DNA of 64,000 bases from the human T2T-CHM13v2.0 reference genome, Homo sapiens. Of this stretch, positions 1 to 15,120 are shown one piece after another; within the stretch, counting starts at the first letter, position 1; the number at the start of each line of letters is the position of its first letter. The notes beneath the pieces were generated by a model that saw only the letters and a list, made by a program, of their open reading frames with translations, had not been told where the DNA came from and did no database searches. Both the position numbers and the translations under genes were made by a program. The stretch is taken from NCBI RefSeq assembly GCF_009914755.1, contig NC_060927.1; one strand, 5' to 3'.

Positions 1-3000
1 TTTTCAGTTTCATATGTTAGATTCAATGTAGCATTCACATAAATTAAGGCAATGATTTTTCCTTCCAGTGACTTGTGCAATAAAAGCATTCATCTCATTA
101 CTCTCATGTCATTTCTTATGCATTTTGTCTTTTTAAATTGAATGTGGACATAGAGGGAAGACTTTCATGAAACTGAGTTTTATAGAAGCAACCTTCATTT
201 TCTTGCAGAATAGTAAATTCATAAATTTAATAGATAGAAAAAATATGCCTGAATTTCTAATGTGCGAAGTATAACCATGTGGAAACACTTTAATGTTCAT
301 TCCCAACTGAAGTTCTCTGAACCAATACAAATTATTTTCCAATTTAATAGTTCAAGCTACACAATTATTAGCCTGGCATTGGCAGATAGATGGCAGTTTA
401 TATAGGGAATAAGAAGCAGATAATTTCGGTTTGTTAGGCTTCAGTTCCTGCCTGGAAGTGTTAAATCCCAAGAAAATGCAGCATTGCTCATATGTGCATT
501 TTGTAAACTTTCACACTGTAATTCCTTATGGGTTCAGGTGTTTATTACTGCAACAATCCATACTTAGTTACTATGATAACACAATTTATAGGGGTATTAA
601 ACACATAAATTGAAAATTTGCTATTGCTAAGGCCATTATGGCTCATGTAAACAAATGGAAATATAATCTTGTGCATTATTTTTCTAACCTCTATAACCAA
701 AGAAACATACTGCTAGTTCAGTAGGTGTGAAATTCTTCTTTAGGTACAAGCTACTCTAATTTCACAGTTGATTTGTAGTTGTCAGAGAGCCCTATTGAGT
801 AAATTTCACATTTGCATGCATTCAAGATCATTACTGAATGTGATCACAGTGAGATTCGACACCTCCATTTATTTGTTGTCAGGGAGTGGATTTTTAATTT
901 GAACAAACTCTAATTGTGCTTATTCCATAAGCAAGCTAGGGTGATTTCAGCCCTGTCTTGCCTTGTCATAACAAAATTTCCACTTCTAAAACAGCACTTT
1001 CAATGATTCTGCTCTTTGATCAGATTTCTGACTCTATTCGGATGCAGATACTGAATGTATATCATTTCACATAAATACACAGGATACAGTTTCATCATTT
1101 TAAGTGATTTCTCTCTGAAAAGGTAATAATATGAGTTTTCTCCAGAGTATGCATAAAATTCTCATTCAAGAGAATTTCAATATCAACTTCCAGGAATATG
1201 GAACACAATATGAGAAAAGTGTTTACTGTGTGGTCATAAATGACATACACATTATGTACAGATAGGTATCAGATAGGTACCAAGTGTCATTTTTTAGAAT
1301 AGTATGAATGATTATGTAAACATTTTCAGTAAGAAAGTAAACATTATTGGAAATTTTATTAAATCCAACAGTTACTAAATACCATAAAATTTTAAAGTAA
1401 TGGGTGCTATCAGCACAGAAATACTGATAATTGCTCTTTCAATTATCACTGGCCACGGGCCCATGTTGAAAATTCAGTTCAGAAACCAAGAGATCTGTCT
1501 GGATCCAGCACAGATCCTGTTTTGAGGAGGAGAATGGCTGTTGATTTCTGGCTTTTTAAATATAAATTAGTTCTTATTCCATGTAGTTATAAAACAAAAC
1601 CAAAATATGGATTGACTTTCTCTCTCATTATAAAGTTTTTATGTGGAACTGCATAAACAGTGAGCTGATGGGAGATAAATTAATACATTTAATGTCTTTC
1701 GGCATTTTGGGTATAATAGGTGAATAATAATGATGGTTATATGTCATTTCATACCAACATAATTCAAGATTCACTTTACTCTAGTTCAGTACTTATTAAA
1801 ATTAAATAATCTAAGGTATCATTATCCTTGGTGTCTTAATATATACATTTATTTTCAGATAAACTTTCTATCCCTTATATATGTATTAGTTCTATGCAAT
1901 TTCATGATACTGAGTTAGAGACCATGGGACCCAGAAAAGGGAATAAGACTGGTACTTAAAGAGCTTATAATTCTATAAGTGGTAATTTATCAATGTAAAA
2001 AGTGTAATTCTTTCTAAATAATATAGCATTAAGTATCATAAGCAAAGCACAAATAAAATGTTTTAGAACCACAAAAAATAAAATATTACTACCTGTTTGC
2101 AACAGATTGCAAAGAGAGTGAACATTTAAGAATTGCATGAAAGGATGGTTAAAACTGATACACAAGGAAATGGAAATGTACAGTAGGTGATCTCAAGTAA
2201 TCAAAGTGACCTTGGAAAAATAATGGCAACAGAAGGCTATGATCCATATCTTGGCAATCATATGTATCCAAAACTTGGAATGTGCTGTAAGAGATAAATT
2301 TTTAAGGTATGTTGAACAAACTCCTGAAAAACTGGAATGACAAAGTAGGGAGACTCCTATTATTCATAATGCCAAAGAGCTGAAAAAGGAAAGACTTTAG
2401 GAAGATATTTGATACAGTGGAAAGAGCATTTTAGTTGGAATCAGAAGAAGTATGTGTTAATCATCTTGGAGATATGGACAAATCCCTTAAACGTTTGAAC
2501 ATTGCTTTCTAATCTATGAAGTAATCAATATCTAACTCAGAACTTACTGTGAGAAGTAACACAGAATAAAGGTTGACAATTCTAACATCAATCTGGCGTG
2601 TAGAAGATAAATATTTGTTGAAAATGTCTAAGAGCTTAGCCTGAGAACAACTAAACTAGCAGGATACATGTAATGACTGAATTTGGGTAGAGAAAAATGT
2701 TGAGGTAAGGTGGTCCTAAGCTTTGGAGTGACAATGGGAAAAGAAAATGAAAACACTACTGAGTGTCTCCAAAGACTTTTAGTCATATGGTTTCATGAGG
2801 AGTTTGAAGACAGGTAATTTGCTACTAATTATATTTAATATATTGTTATTTGCAGTGCTTTACATGATTTAAAACTATAAATTGGACTATATTTGAGATT
2901 GCCACTCATATTATTTGGTCAAGTCTCAGATTGCTTGCTGCGCTCCTAATCTTAGTTGAGTGAAATGCTAAGGTTGGCCATGTTCTTGCTGACCCTGGCC

Positions 3001-5135
3001 AAAGCTCTTTGAACCAGGAAAGTTACCGATTCCTGAGAATTCAAACTACAAGAAGCATATGATTAATTAGAATAGTCATTCTATTTATTTAATTTTCAGT
3101 GTGATACGTAGATCATGTTAGCTGGTAGAGGGAAAAGCAGCAGAAAAACATAGAGAAGAAAGAGAAGGGAAAGTTGCCGATTTACATTTATGGAACAGTA
3201 GAATGGAGATGAATGAAATTCTGGTAGTAACATAGATTAACTTCCAAAACTGTGTTGGATTGAGACAGATCTCCTAGTTTCTGAACTGCATTTTCATAGG
3301 TGCGTGGCCAATAAAAACTGAGATTTCTGCTTTGTTATGGAGCTTTTGATAGTTTCCTGTGAGGCTTGGTTACATGGTTAAGATTACTGCCTATTGCCAT
3401 GGGTTTCTTTTCTGTAAAACTTTAAAGATTTCATATAGAATCTGAATCATTTCCTTAGCAAAAGAGCCTAACCAAAAGTAAAATTACAACTCTCAGCAAA
3501 AGTCATTCTATTATGTCATCTTGAGTGACAGAATGGTGATGTTAGAGCTAATGTACTGGGAATTGCATATATCCTTCAATTTATCTCATCAATGGGCATA
3601 TCCAGTGGAGTGTGCCACGCATGCTTATGTGATTTGCCATGTGTGTTGAAGCAGATCTAAATATGTGCTTCTTTGTTATATAATTCTCTAAGAATTAATA
3701 TTATTGTTTGATGAATTCATGCAAGAGAATGTATTATAAATTTACTTTTATAAAATTACATATTGAGTCAAAATGCCTTTAGTTTAGTAAACTATACCTT
3801 TAATCTTTTATCTTTTATTCTTTAAATATATAGAATTATAAATCTTTAGTTCTTAGAGAAATTTTAATATGCAGTATTTCATCAAATCTAAGTTATCACT
3901 ATTTGTAAGATACATTATTTTATGTATGCCCTTTGACAAATAATAATGCCAAATATGATTGTAAAAGTCTGCTGATTTAAGAAATGTAATACATGAATAA
4001 AAATGTGTATCTGATAATTGTTTGAAAGTATATAAATAGATCCGCTAGTTGTTCATTTTCATTTTGATAATTGTAGAAAAAAACAGCATGAAGTATGTAC
4101 TGGTTTGCTAGTTATTGGTAATTAGGACTCACACTTGAGTCTCCTGAACCATAGACCATTGTAATTTCCACTCACCATACTGCATAAAATTGTATGTAAC
4201 CTACAGTCAAAAGTGAAGGTAATTACTTTTTAGAACTCACTCCAATAAGTTGAGCTGTATTCATCTACTTATTCATTCAATAGACATTGACAAATTATTT
4301 TATTGTATATATGTATTATATTGTATATATGTATGTATGCACATATATTTATATGTACTCATGTTTACTGATATAAAAATTAGTAAAACACTATCATTTC
4401 ATCATTTAATGGCAGCTACTTCTCATATCTGTTGATAGTTTTTGTTTCAGATTATTCATATTTTAATGAATACATTTCACAAAAGGTAATTCCACTAAAG
4501 TAGTAATCAACTTTTTACTTTGCTCTATAGAGGTAACATTCAGCAACATTCTCTTCTACACTTACTCTCACATGCAATTTTTATTTTTTAAAATAAAAAT
4601 TTTTTACTTTATTTTTATTTTTTATCTCATTTTATATTATTATGGACTTCATCTCCCACCAATGACATTTTCTCTCTTATACTCTGAATTCCTTTTTTTG
4701 TTGTTTTTTTTTTTTATTTTTGTGGCAGACTATGACTTTTAATTCAAATAACTCTAATGATATGTTTCCCATACATTTTTAGAGAATAAAAGAAGTTCCT
4801 AGAGTTGAGTTTAAGCCATTTTATTTTGTGTTTAAAATTATTAAATTAATCTTAAAGCTTAGTAAAATTCTTGCCTGTCTCGATACCCATTATTTTATCT
4901 GCAGATATCAAGTATTTGATCAAGTAATAAATTAAGAAGTAACAAAGAACTGAAGTTTGACTTTTTAATTAATTTAATGTCTCTTATTTATCCGTGTAAA
5001 TACAGAGAAAATGATGTAGATTTTTAAAACATTAGTTTGACTATCATCTTCATTCACTTCATTTTAAATTTCTTTTTCAGATATGAATTTGTGACTATAA
5101 AGAATTTAAGATACATAATTAAAAAGGATAATTTA

Positions 5136-5425
5136 GGCCAGGCACAGTGGCTCATGCCTGTAATCCCACCACTTCAGAGGCTGAGGGGGGTGGATCACTT
5201 GAGCCCAGGAGTTTGAGGTCAGCCTGGCCAACAAGGCGAAACCCTGTCTGCACTAAAAATGCAAAAATTAGCCAGGTTTGGTAGTAAACGCCGGTAATCC
5301 TAGCTACTCAGGAGGCTGAGGAACGAGAATTTCTTGACCCTAGAAGGTAGATGTTCGGTGACCCGAGATCGCGCCACTGCACTCCAGCCTGGGCAACAGA
5401 GCGAGACTGTCTTAAAAAAAAAAAA
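5136..5425 (+). mobile_element. Alu (AluS-like), full length, A tail continuing into (TA)n to about 5446
   Basis: ggccaggcacagtggctcatgcctgtaatccc ... gccactgcactccagcctgggcaacagagcgagac plus A tail. Confidence 0.95.
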
Positions 5426-5776
5426 ATATATATATATATATATATATTTTATTGCAATTATTGCAATTGTGTCTGTATTTCCCATTACACTTATAAATGT
5501 AGTATTGCTTTTTGCTACGAAAGATTGCTTTCCAGAGCATGACATCATGGCAAATGAGGAAAAGAGAAACATGTCTGTTAAATCTCATCTTTGATAAGAC
5601 TATGGAGCTCATACATTGAATCTATATAGTTAACAGACATTGAGTGCTTCATTCAAGCCTCCAGTTAATGTTTGTTTCATTGTTATGTGGTTACTGTACA
5701 ATAATCAGCCTGAATAGAAAAGCCTGTCAAATTTGTAAAAATATTTTAGATAATTTGTTTCTAATTCATTCTAGTA

Positions 5777-6283
5777 CAGTTGAGCCTTGAAAAACAGGAG
5801 TTTGAACTGGGCAGGTCCACTCATTTGCAGATTTTTGTTTAATAAAATTTACACCAAGTGTGCCTGCCTCTCCTGCCTTCCCCTTCCAACTTCTCTACCT
5901 CAAGTTTTCTTCCATCTCTGCCACCCCTGAGACAGCAAGACCAACCTTCTTCTTCCGCTTCAGTCTACTCAACGTAAAGACGATGAAGGAACACTCTTAT
6001 GATAATCCACTTACACTTAATGAACAGTAAATATGTTTTTTTCTTACGACATTCTTAATAGCATTGTCTTTTCTCTAGTTTACTTATTGTAAGAATACAG
6101 TGTATAATACTTATACAAAATATGTATGAATCGAGTGTTTATGTTAGTTATTGATAAGGCTTCTGGTCAACTGTTGGCTATTAATAATTAAGTCTTTGGG
6201 AAGTCAACAGTAATACACAGATTTTTTACTATGTAGGAGAGTGGTCAGCACTCTTTTTTCCTCCATTTTTCATGGGTAAACTG
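5777..6283. mobile_element. Tigger2-family (TcMar) non-autonomous DNA transposon
   Basis: TA-cagttgagccttgaa ... catgggtaaactg-TA degenerate terminal inverted repeats with TA duplication. Internal ctctgccacccctgagacagcaagaccaacc is typical of Tigger2a/b. Confidence 0.85.
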
Positions 6284-6639
6284 TATTAGTTTTAAGTTAA
6301 CTGGTACTTGGAGATAAAGTTGGATTTTAAGATCTGGACTACATTAGGTATATTAAACTAATATTTATTCTATTCTGTTATGAATGTTGTCTCGGATTAA
6401 ATTAAAACTGCATGATAGAGTTACTTAAACATTATTTTAAAAACAAAATCTAATCACAATAGCAGAGTATGTGCAGAAAAAAATCACATAGTAATTTTTT
6501 GACATAGCTGCATAATATATCTTTATAAATAGCTGTTTTTTATTTTTCCTTGAGTAAAACATCTGTTTGGGACACAGCATAGGAACTTCAAATTCAACCA
6601 CAGATCATGAATATACCAAATAAATAAAATAAACAGGAG

Positions 6640-7026
6640 GAATTAGCTTGTGGCTTTTTCAATAATTGAATCCCCACATAACAAACCTAACGTAGTATGT
6701 AAACAAGCCGCAACTTAACCTAGTAGTATATTTTTGTAACAAATAGCTGAGGTTTAGCAATCACAGGAAGCCAACCGATCAGACCACGCCCCAATAAGGG
6801 AAATGCCTCGTCACACCATGCTGAAATAAAGCAATTGTCTAGCTCTAGCCAGTCAGCTGATGTACCGACTTAGCTTTCATGATAAGCCTATAAAAGCTCA
6901 CTGCCTATGCTGCACAGTAGAGCTCTCTGACCCTTACCTGGTTCTGAGTGCTGCCTGATCCATGAATTATTTTTTGCTCAAGTAAACTCTGTTACATCTA
7001 ATCTGTCTAAAGTTTTTCTTTTAACA
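6640..7026 (+). mobile_element. ERV1 solo LTR (MER57-like); 5' boundary approximate
   Basis: TATA-like cctataaaag and terminal aaactctgtta...tgtctaaagtttttcttttaaca ending in CA. Confidence 0.65.
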
Positions 7027-7318
7027 TACCTGTTGTTCATATTTTAATATAAATATTAGCATTCCACAAAACTGTAATATGTCTTAGATAAAAACCTACT
7101 ATAGGGAAAAAAGAAGATGAAGTTAAATGCTCTTGGGCAAAGATTCAGTTTATCCTTGCTGCACCATGTCTGTAATCTGTAACTCAGAGGTGGAAACACT
7201 TGTTCTTTCGATTTTAGAATTTTTGTGAAAATCAAAGTGTAAGCACCTATGCCTTCACTATTAACACACTTGTCAAACACAGTACCTTGTGTACTGCAAG
7301 CTTTAACAAATATTTGCT

Positions 7319-7634
<316 letters not shown>

Positions 7635-7854
7635 TCATGGGGCAAAATGTACCCTAATATTAATGTTTTCTAAAACCCTCAGATAAGAATATACTTTATG
7701 TTAAAAAGAAGGATACTATTGTCTTCAGCAATGGCAAATAGTTTTTAATCTTTTTATGATTTTATTAACACTTACTCACGTTAAGTGATTAATAGAGAAT
7801 TTCTATATCAAGGAGAGAATGAATGTCAGGACCCATTAGAAATACTTGCCACAA

Positions 7855-8213
7855 CACATATACACCATGGAATACTATGCAGCCATAAAAAATGATGAGT
7901 TCATGTCCTTTGTAGGGACATGGATGAAATTGGAAATCATCATTCTCAGTAAACTATCGCAAGGACAAAAAACCAAACACCGCATATTCTCACTCACAGG
8001 TGGGAATTGAACAATTAGAACACATGGACACAGGAAGGGGAACATCACACTCTGGGGACTGTTGTGGGGTGGGGGGAGGGGGAGGGATAGCATTAGGAGA
8101 TATACCTAATGCTAAATGACGAGTTAATGGGTGCAGCACACCAGCATGGCACATGTATACATATGTTAGTTACATTGTGCACATGTACCCTAAAACTTAA
8201 AGTATAATAATAA

Positions 8214-8256
<43 letters not shown>

Positions 8257-8270
8257 ACATACATAAAAAA
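7855..8270 (+). mobile_element. 5'-truncated L1PA3-like element, tail converted to (TA)n/(CA)n, 15-bp TSD
   Basis: L1 ORF2 end and 3'UTR (gctaaatgacgagttaatgggtgcagcacacc). TSD aaatacttgccacaa at 7840-7854 and 8271-8285. Confidence 0.93.
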
Positions 8271-8899
8271 AAATACTTGCCACAAGTACACCAGTTAGGT
8301 AGTGACAGTCAATTAGTCATCCGAGACCTAGTGGCCCCCTCATCTTCACACCGTAGATCTCACAGGATTAGGCATTAGAATTATAAAATCACATTTAGTC
8401 TGTCATCATCAACAAGAAATGTAGCAAGGAATTTCATGTGTATATAACATGCCTTTTGCAAAGCAAAAATGTACAAATGAAAGAAAAACTAAGTGCTTCG
8501 CTATTATGTCAGTTTTAGCAAAGGAATATTAGCTTGTTATTTAAGTTGTCATGTAAGAAAAATGCCAACAATTGCTATGATATGTATATACAATTCACTG
8601 TCTTTGCTTTGTGCCCCCAACTGCATTTATCATTGTTCACAAATGACTTTCAATCTGCTGTTTTTTTTCCCAACCGATATTTGACTAATAGCAGTTGTTT
8701 TGTAATGGAACAGAACGTCTCAACTAGTTTGCCTGACAGCCTTCTTTAAGTGATTTCTAGACTTTGCATCGTGGCTACTGTCACCACCAGAAAAAAAATA
8801 TATGACCTTCTTTCCATCCATTCCTTTACTTGACTTTTCCATTTCCTCTGAGTCTTTCTACTAAAACACTATCTTAAAGAGAAGTTAACCATGACACTT

Positions 8900-9480
8900 A
8901 TCCTTAAGTAGTTTTGAACCAGTTAAAAACGTACACTTTGAGCATATAGAGAGATTTCAGAGTATTAAAGGGAAATACTTGGCGTGGCCTCCTAAAAGGA
9001 GTTAAGATAACGCTGGGAGTAAGATTTCCTACAATAAAAGTAGTCAAACCTGAGTCTTGTGACACTGGGAGCATGGGCAAGATGTTCTAGGCAGAGTATA
9101 AGCACCTATGTGCCCTAAAAATTGATAAGCATAAAGTTGGGTCTCAGAGCTTTCAACAAGGTGCCGCTGTTGGAGCTGGAATTGAGGGACAAGAGTAGAT
9201 TTAAACGTGGGCCAAATTATAAAACACATTGGATGTCATGCTGTAGATTGTAAATTTTATGTAAGGCTCTGGAAAGCCATGAAGTCTTTTTAAACAGGAA
9301 GGCAACTTGGTCAGATTTATAGTTTTAGAATATTAACTGTGATGTTTGGAGAAGGAGTTAAAGTTCAAGAAAGTGGGTGGTGAGTTGCTGCATCTTCCAA
9401 TTAAAAAATGATAGAGGAGTTAAGCAAATTAACAGCACTATGGATAAAGAGAATTGGACAGATAACTGCTATGTTTAATA
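8900..9480 (-). mobile_element. Degenerate L2 fragment
   Basis: L2-like phrases (ggaaagccatgaagtctttttaaacaggaaggcaacttggtcagattt); boundaries approximate. Confidence 0.4.
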
Positions 9481-10080
9481 ATGGCAAGATGAAGACTGCA
9501 CTGTGGACGCATAATACGAATCACTGGGTTCAGAAAAATTCTACATGTCTATTAGACATAAAATGCCTGAGGTGAGAAGAAAGAGGAGACAGGAGTGGTA
9601 CCTCGAGGATGATTTCTATCACCTTATAGTTATTTACTGTTCTCCTGAGGACAAATGTCACTTCTGTATGATTTGAATTAATAATTCTTAGGTGACAAAT
9701 GATAGCTGGTTTTACTTCTTAAATTGTCACTCTAAAGTTTTATACATGTGGCCTTTGTGGACTAATTCAGCAATTAATCTTACTTTTTGACAAATGGCTA
9801 TTTTTTTGTGAGGAAGTTCAACAACAAAGTTCAGAGTTCAAAATGTTCTGTCTATATAGTCTATGAACTATGTCATGCACTATTGTTGTAAAGATATCAC
9901 TTAACACTAAATACAACTTACTTTGGTGGCTTTATTTTTCCTAAAATCATGCCTACTTTAATATTATAAACACTATGTGCACACACACACACATACAACA
10001 AAGAAGAAGAAAATGAAATAGTAAAATAGTAAAAGTAGTAGTACAGCAGAAAGCACAAATATTTGGATGTTAACCATTAT

Positions 10081-10171
10081 TTATTAGACTTTAAGTTCTG
10101 GGGTACATGCGCGTAACTTATGAAAAAATGCTCATCATCACTGGTCATTAGAGAAATGCAAATCAAAACCA
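10081..10171 (-). mobile_element. Ultra-short 5'-inverted L1PA6/7-like insertion
   Basis: Antisense L1 3' terminus (ttattagactttaagttctggggtacatg) joined to a sense ORF2 piece (tatgaaaaaatgctcatcatcactggtcattagagaaatgcaaatcaaaacca). TSD aaccattat at 10072-10080 and 10167-10175. Confidence 0.8.
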
Positions 10172-13100
10172 TTATCTCTTTGTATATATCATTGGGAAAT
10201 CATCTGCCAAAAGATAGTATGACTTTATTGTAAACTTCAAGCAAGATTTAGGTTGAAATGTGCCCAAGAGAATGAATTGAAGACTAGAGAAATGTTTTAT
10301 TGAGCTGAGGGATGAATATATTCAATTCATACTCAGTTTAATTAAATAATAAGGAGATGAAATTGAAGTACATAGTCATAAAATCAAAACAACAACCTGC
10401 TGTTTTATCATATTATTTTTCGTTATTTTTACCTTGCCAAATTTATTTCTTATTGTTTTTCTCAATATCCCACATTTTCCTTTATGTTTTTATACTAAAA
10501 TAAAGTGATATCCATTCAAAAACCAAAGCAAATGAAAACAAAACCTCCGGTAAATTCTGCCCTCTCAATGTACCTCAGATAATTTATTTTTGTGAAAATA
10601 CCTAAAGCATATTGATCATAAATGAACTAAAGACACTTTGACATATTTGAAGAAATTCATTTTAAAAAATAACAAAGTTATAAAAATGTTTGAGATTGCA
10701 TTCCCAGTATCCAATTTATTTCATCAATATGTGGTATCTAATATTTCATACACTTTATCCTTGGAACACACATATGGCTAGGGGTGAAATACTATATAAA
10801 GTGTCAAAGCATAATCATCTATGAGTAAAAACATTGCACGTGGACATGTCATGTGTTTTCTTTGTGGCACTATTTGTTTTGTCCTATTGCAACCCCCTTC
10901 AACTTGTAGCACACAAAACTACTTGAAAAGTATGATAGATTACATAAAATTGACACCATGAATGAAGTTTCATGAAATGATGCAGATAATTAAATCATGT
11001 CTTCTAAAGACATAAACTTCAACTACAAATGATAAGATGTAATCAGAAACACCCCATAAAAGCGTGTGTATTTCTGCCTACTGCCTCATTTCTCTTGCTA
11101 TGTCTTTGTGTTTAGTAATTTATTCCTTTGGTATTGAACAGTCATTTTAGTGAAGTGTGTTTATGCCATATGGCTTTTTACTATCTTCATTCAAAAAATA
11201 GCTATGTTTGGCATATATACTCTGTAAACACAATGCAAAATAATGAATAGGGGAGAAAAACAGCCATAGTCTTTATTAATAATGTATGAAGGCATCCAAT
11301 AAAAAGAAATTATTTGTTTGTAGTTTAGAGCTTGATGATAAAACCTAAAGATCAGTGGTAGAAAATGTAATATTTTTGTGTGTCATAAAGTTGCTTGAAT
11401 TGCGTATCTTTCACAGTACATCAGAGAGCTAAATTTAGACAATTTTACATAAAACATCTCACATGAAAGTGAAAGATGTGAGGTAAATCTATTTAATGCA
11501 GAAAACTGGAACTTAAATTCATGCAGTCATTATTTCTTCTACCATAAACATTACTTAAAATATTTCTATTTTATAGAGTGCATATTAAATGGAACTACAT
11601 TTATTTTGATATAACAAAATTTTTCAATTTAAGATTTAACTTATGTAAATTGACTCTAATATAGATTATAGGAATTTAATACTAAATTTTCAAATCAAAG
11701 TTACGTAGTGGCCTTTTTTATGTGTAAATGGTAAAATTAAAAAAAAAACATAATGAAAGGTGGATGACAGTTTGAAAAGACTCCAATTCCAAGATAAACA
11801 CTCTTGTTTGAGTGGAAAATTATTGTTCACAATTAGAAAATCCAGACTGAATAACAAAAAAAAAGTAAAATTGAAGAAAATTATATTTTTGTGGAACTTC
11901 TCATTTGAAAAAGCATACTTCTAGTGGAACTCCAAGGTTTTTCTGTGTGCATTGGTTCTGTCAAATATCCACTACCTAAGAGTGTAGGCTAGCCATGGTT
12001 TAGCACAGGGCCAGTGGACTTTCAGTGCTGAGCATGCTTCACTGCACTGCATGATACTGTACCTATTTTGGGAGGCAGTAATCATATGTCATCCCGTGAT
12101 CTACTGCTGTGTTGTGCTAGTGGTTTCATAAATAAACTTGAGAGGTCATTTCCACCATAAATTTCTGTTTGTCAGAAATTTTCAGTCAAAAGAAAGTATG
12201 TAATGGAGTATGGAAGGCTGAAGTCAAACAGTAATTTATCAACAAGGAGATCTTTTATGCATTGAATGTGGGTGAACTTAATGGTGCTATTATAAATGCT
12301 GTATTATAATTATTTTTGTTATAATTTTGAGAATTTATGAGTCAAACTTTCTTGATTTTGCAAGAAAGTTTTCTAACTTTTTGTTTAAAAAGCCAAGTGT
12401 GCTGTTTTGTATAAGCTATCTGTACAACTAAAAATATATTGTCAATGGCTTGGTATAGTAATACTGATAAATTAATAAACTATTTAAATGCTTCATGCTT
12501 TAGAATTTGATAATTAAAGGAACTTATCAAATAATATTAGCATTGATTACAGAAAGAAGAATGTCTTGATAATTTTTCTGAGAACAAGCAAAGCCTATGA
12601 AATACACTTCATTTGATTACCCAGTATATGCTCACTTCAAGTATTTCAGTATATTTTTAGTAATGGCAAAAAGAAGCAATCAATTAAATTGATAAAATAC
12701 AGATTTCAATTCAAATTGCTAAAAACAACTATCATGTGAATATGCACTTATTCAATCATGAGGTTGATAAAAATTAATTGCAGGAAGGTATTGAAAAATC
12801 CACCTTTTGAATTTTAGAGCTTGAACTATAAAGATAATGGCTTAGAATCATTGCTAATGGTAGAAAAAAGCATTACACATTCATTTCCTTCTCTACCAAC
12901 AACAATAGCAAGCTGTGAGAACATTACGTTTAAAGAATTGAGGCACAGTCTTAACCATCAGACAGAACTGTTTACATTTGGCTATTCCTCTTTTTCTTTG
13001 TGTGACCTTGGCAAGGGACACATTGATTCTCGGTGTCTTTAACTGCAAAATTTAGAGAATACTTAATATATGGCAGAAATTTGAAAATTAAAGTGATACT

Positions 13101-14395
13101 GTATTACTATTTGAAAGTACATTAAGAAATTAAATAATCAGTAACAGCTATACTATTATTAGATGGTGATCCTAAAAAATGAAATTTTTGAGATGACTTT
13201 TAGGCTGCCAAACCTGTATTTGCCCAAACTTGTTTCTTTCCTTTAGGAATAACTCTCAGTCAATACATCTTGAAAGCATTTTCTTATCAAAGATCAGATA
13301 ATAATATGAATATAGCAAAATAGGAAAGAAACCGCCAAGATTAAAATGGATTTATGAGAGTGAAAGCTGACCTTAAGTCCTGAAGGGCTGACCAATTGTA
13401 GGGTCCTAGTGAAAGCTTCACATAATACCAGTAGGTCCCAAACTTTTTTATTATGAGGATACTTTTTAATGTAAAGATATTTAGCAAGCTCTGCTCTGCC
13501 ATGAAAATGTGGTGCTTTTAGTACTATCAATGGAGAAAACTGAAAACATTTATTTCCTATGAATTTGCTTACCCTTTTAAATGAATATATATAACTTACA
13601 TATTCAAGTAATAAATTAAATGAAACCACAAGTCCAATAATTAGTTAACAATACGGTTCCCTTCCTGGTGGAACTCTTTGCATTAGCCTACAGCAAATAT
13701 ATAACTATTGGACTCAGAGCACTTGTTTCCTGGATCCATTTAACTAATGAAGAAAGAACTCTTGAGTCTTCCTTTTAGTATTAAAAGTATTTAAAACCTA
13801 CAGAGCACTATTTGGCTTTGAATTTTCTTCTGAACAAGAAAGAGAGTTGGACAACAAGGCTAGACCAAAAAGAAAAGTCTTTTCTCTTTTGCAAGATAAT
13901 CACAAACAACTTAATAACATTAGTTCTTTTAATTTACATCATATTGTTGCCAACTAAAATTCTAGTTTAAGTGTAACTTAGCATCGTGTGTCTCACAGCG
14001 GATATTAACAAGTTTATGCTTGGAAGAACATTGTAAACAGGTAAAGAAGAAAGCAAAATAAATTATAATTTGCATTTATTTCTCAGTTCATCATTATTTG
14101 TTATAATAATATGACTAATCTAATAAATATTTTTACCAAGTCTGGATTTAGTTAAATGTAATACATCAAAAACTAATTGTTTAAGAAGAGGGACAGTGAT
14201 ATCAGCAAAACTATCACTTAAAAAAGTCTTTTAAATATTGGTGCAAATAAGTGTTTAGATGGCACAAAACCAGAGAGGGGGGATCCCACAGTTATATTTG
14301 TGGCATCATCATCTTACCATTGAGCACTTTAAAGGCGTGACACAAACTCCGTCATGCAGGAATGTTTAAAAGATAATATAAAACAGTGATATGCC

Positions 14396-15120
14396 TGATC
14401 ATTAGAGAAATGCAAAATCAAAACCACAATGAGATACAATCTCACTCCAGTCATATAGCTACTATAAAAAAGTCAAAAAAATAACAGATGCTGGAGAGGT
14501 TGTGGAAAGAAAGGAACACGTATATACTGCTGGTGGGAGTGTAAATTAGTTCAACCACTGTGGAAGACAGAGTGGCGATTCCTAAAGGACATAGAGACAG
14601 AAATACCGTTCAACCCGGCAATCCCATTACTGGAATAAATCGAGACACATGCACGTGTATGTTCAGTGCAGCACTATTCACAGTAGCAAAGACATGGAAT
14701 CAACCTAAATGCCCATCAATGATATACTGGACAAAGAAAATGTGGTATATCTAGACCATGGAATACTATGCAGCCGTAAAAAGAAGAATATAATGTCCAT
14801 TGCAGGGGCAGGGGTGGATCTGGAGGCCATTATCCTTAGCAAACTAATGCAGAAACAGAAAACCAAATGTCACACATTCTCAATTATAAGTGGGAGCTGA
14901 ACGATGAGAACACATGGACACATAGAGGGAAACAACCCACACTGGTGTCTATTGGAGTGTAGAGAATGGGAAGAGGAAGAGTATCGGGCACTAGGCTTAA
15001 TACCTGGGTGATGAAACAATCTGCACAACAAACCACCAGGACACATGTTTTCCTGGGTAACAAACTTGCACATCTATCCCTGAACTTAAAAGTTAGAAAA
15101 GGAGAGAATAATAAAATAAA
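14396..15120 (+). mobile_element. 5'-truncated older L1PA (L1PA11-13-like) with internal deletions
   Basis: ORF2 3' end (atcattagagaaatgcaaaatcaaaaccacaatgag...) and 3'UTR ctaggcttaatacctgggtgatgaaa...ccctgaacttaaaa. Confidence 0.88.
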
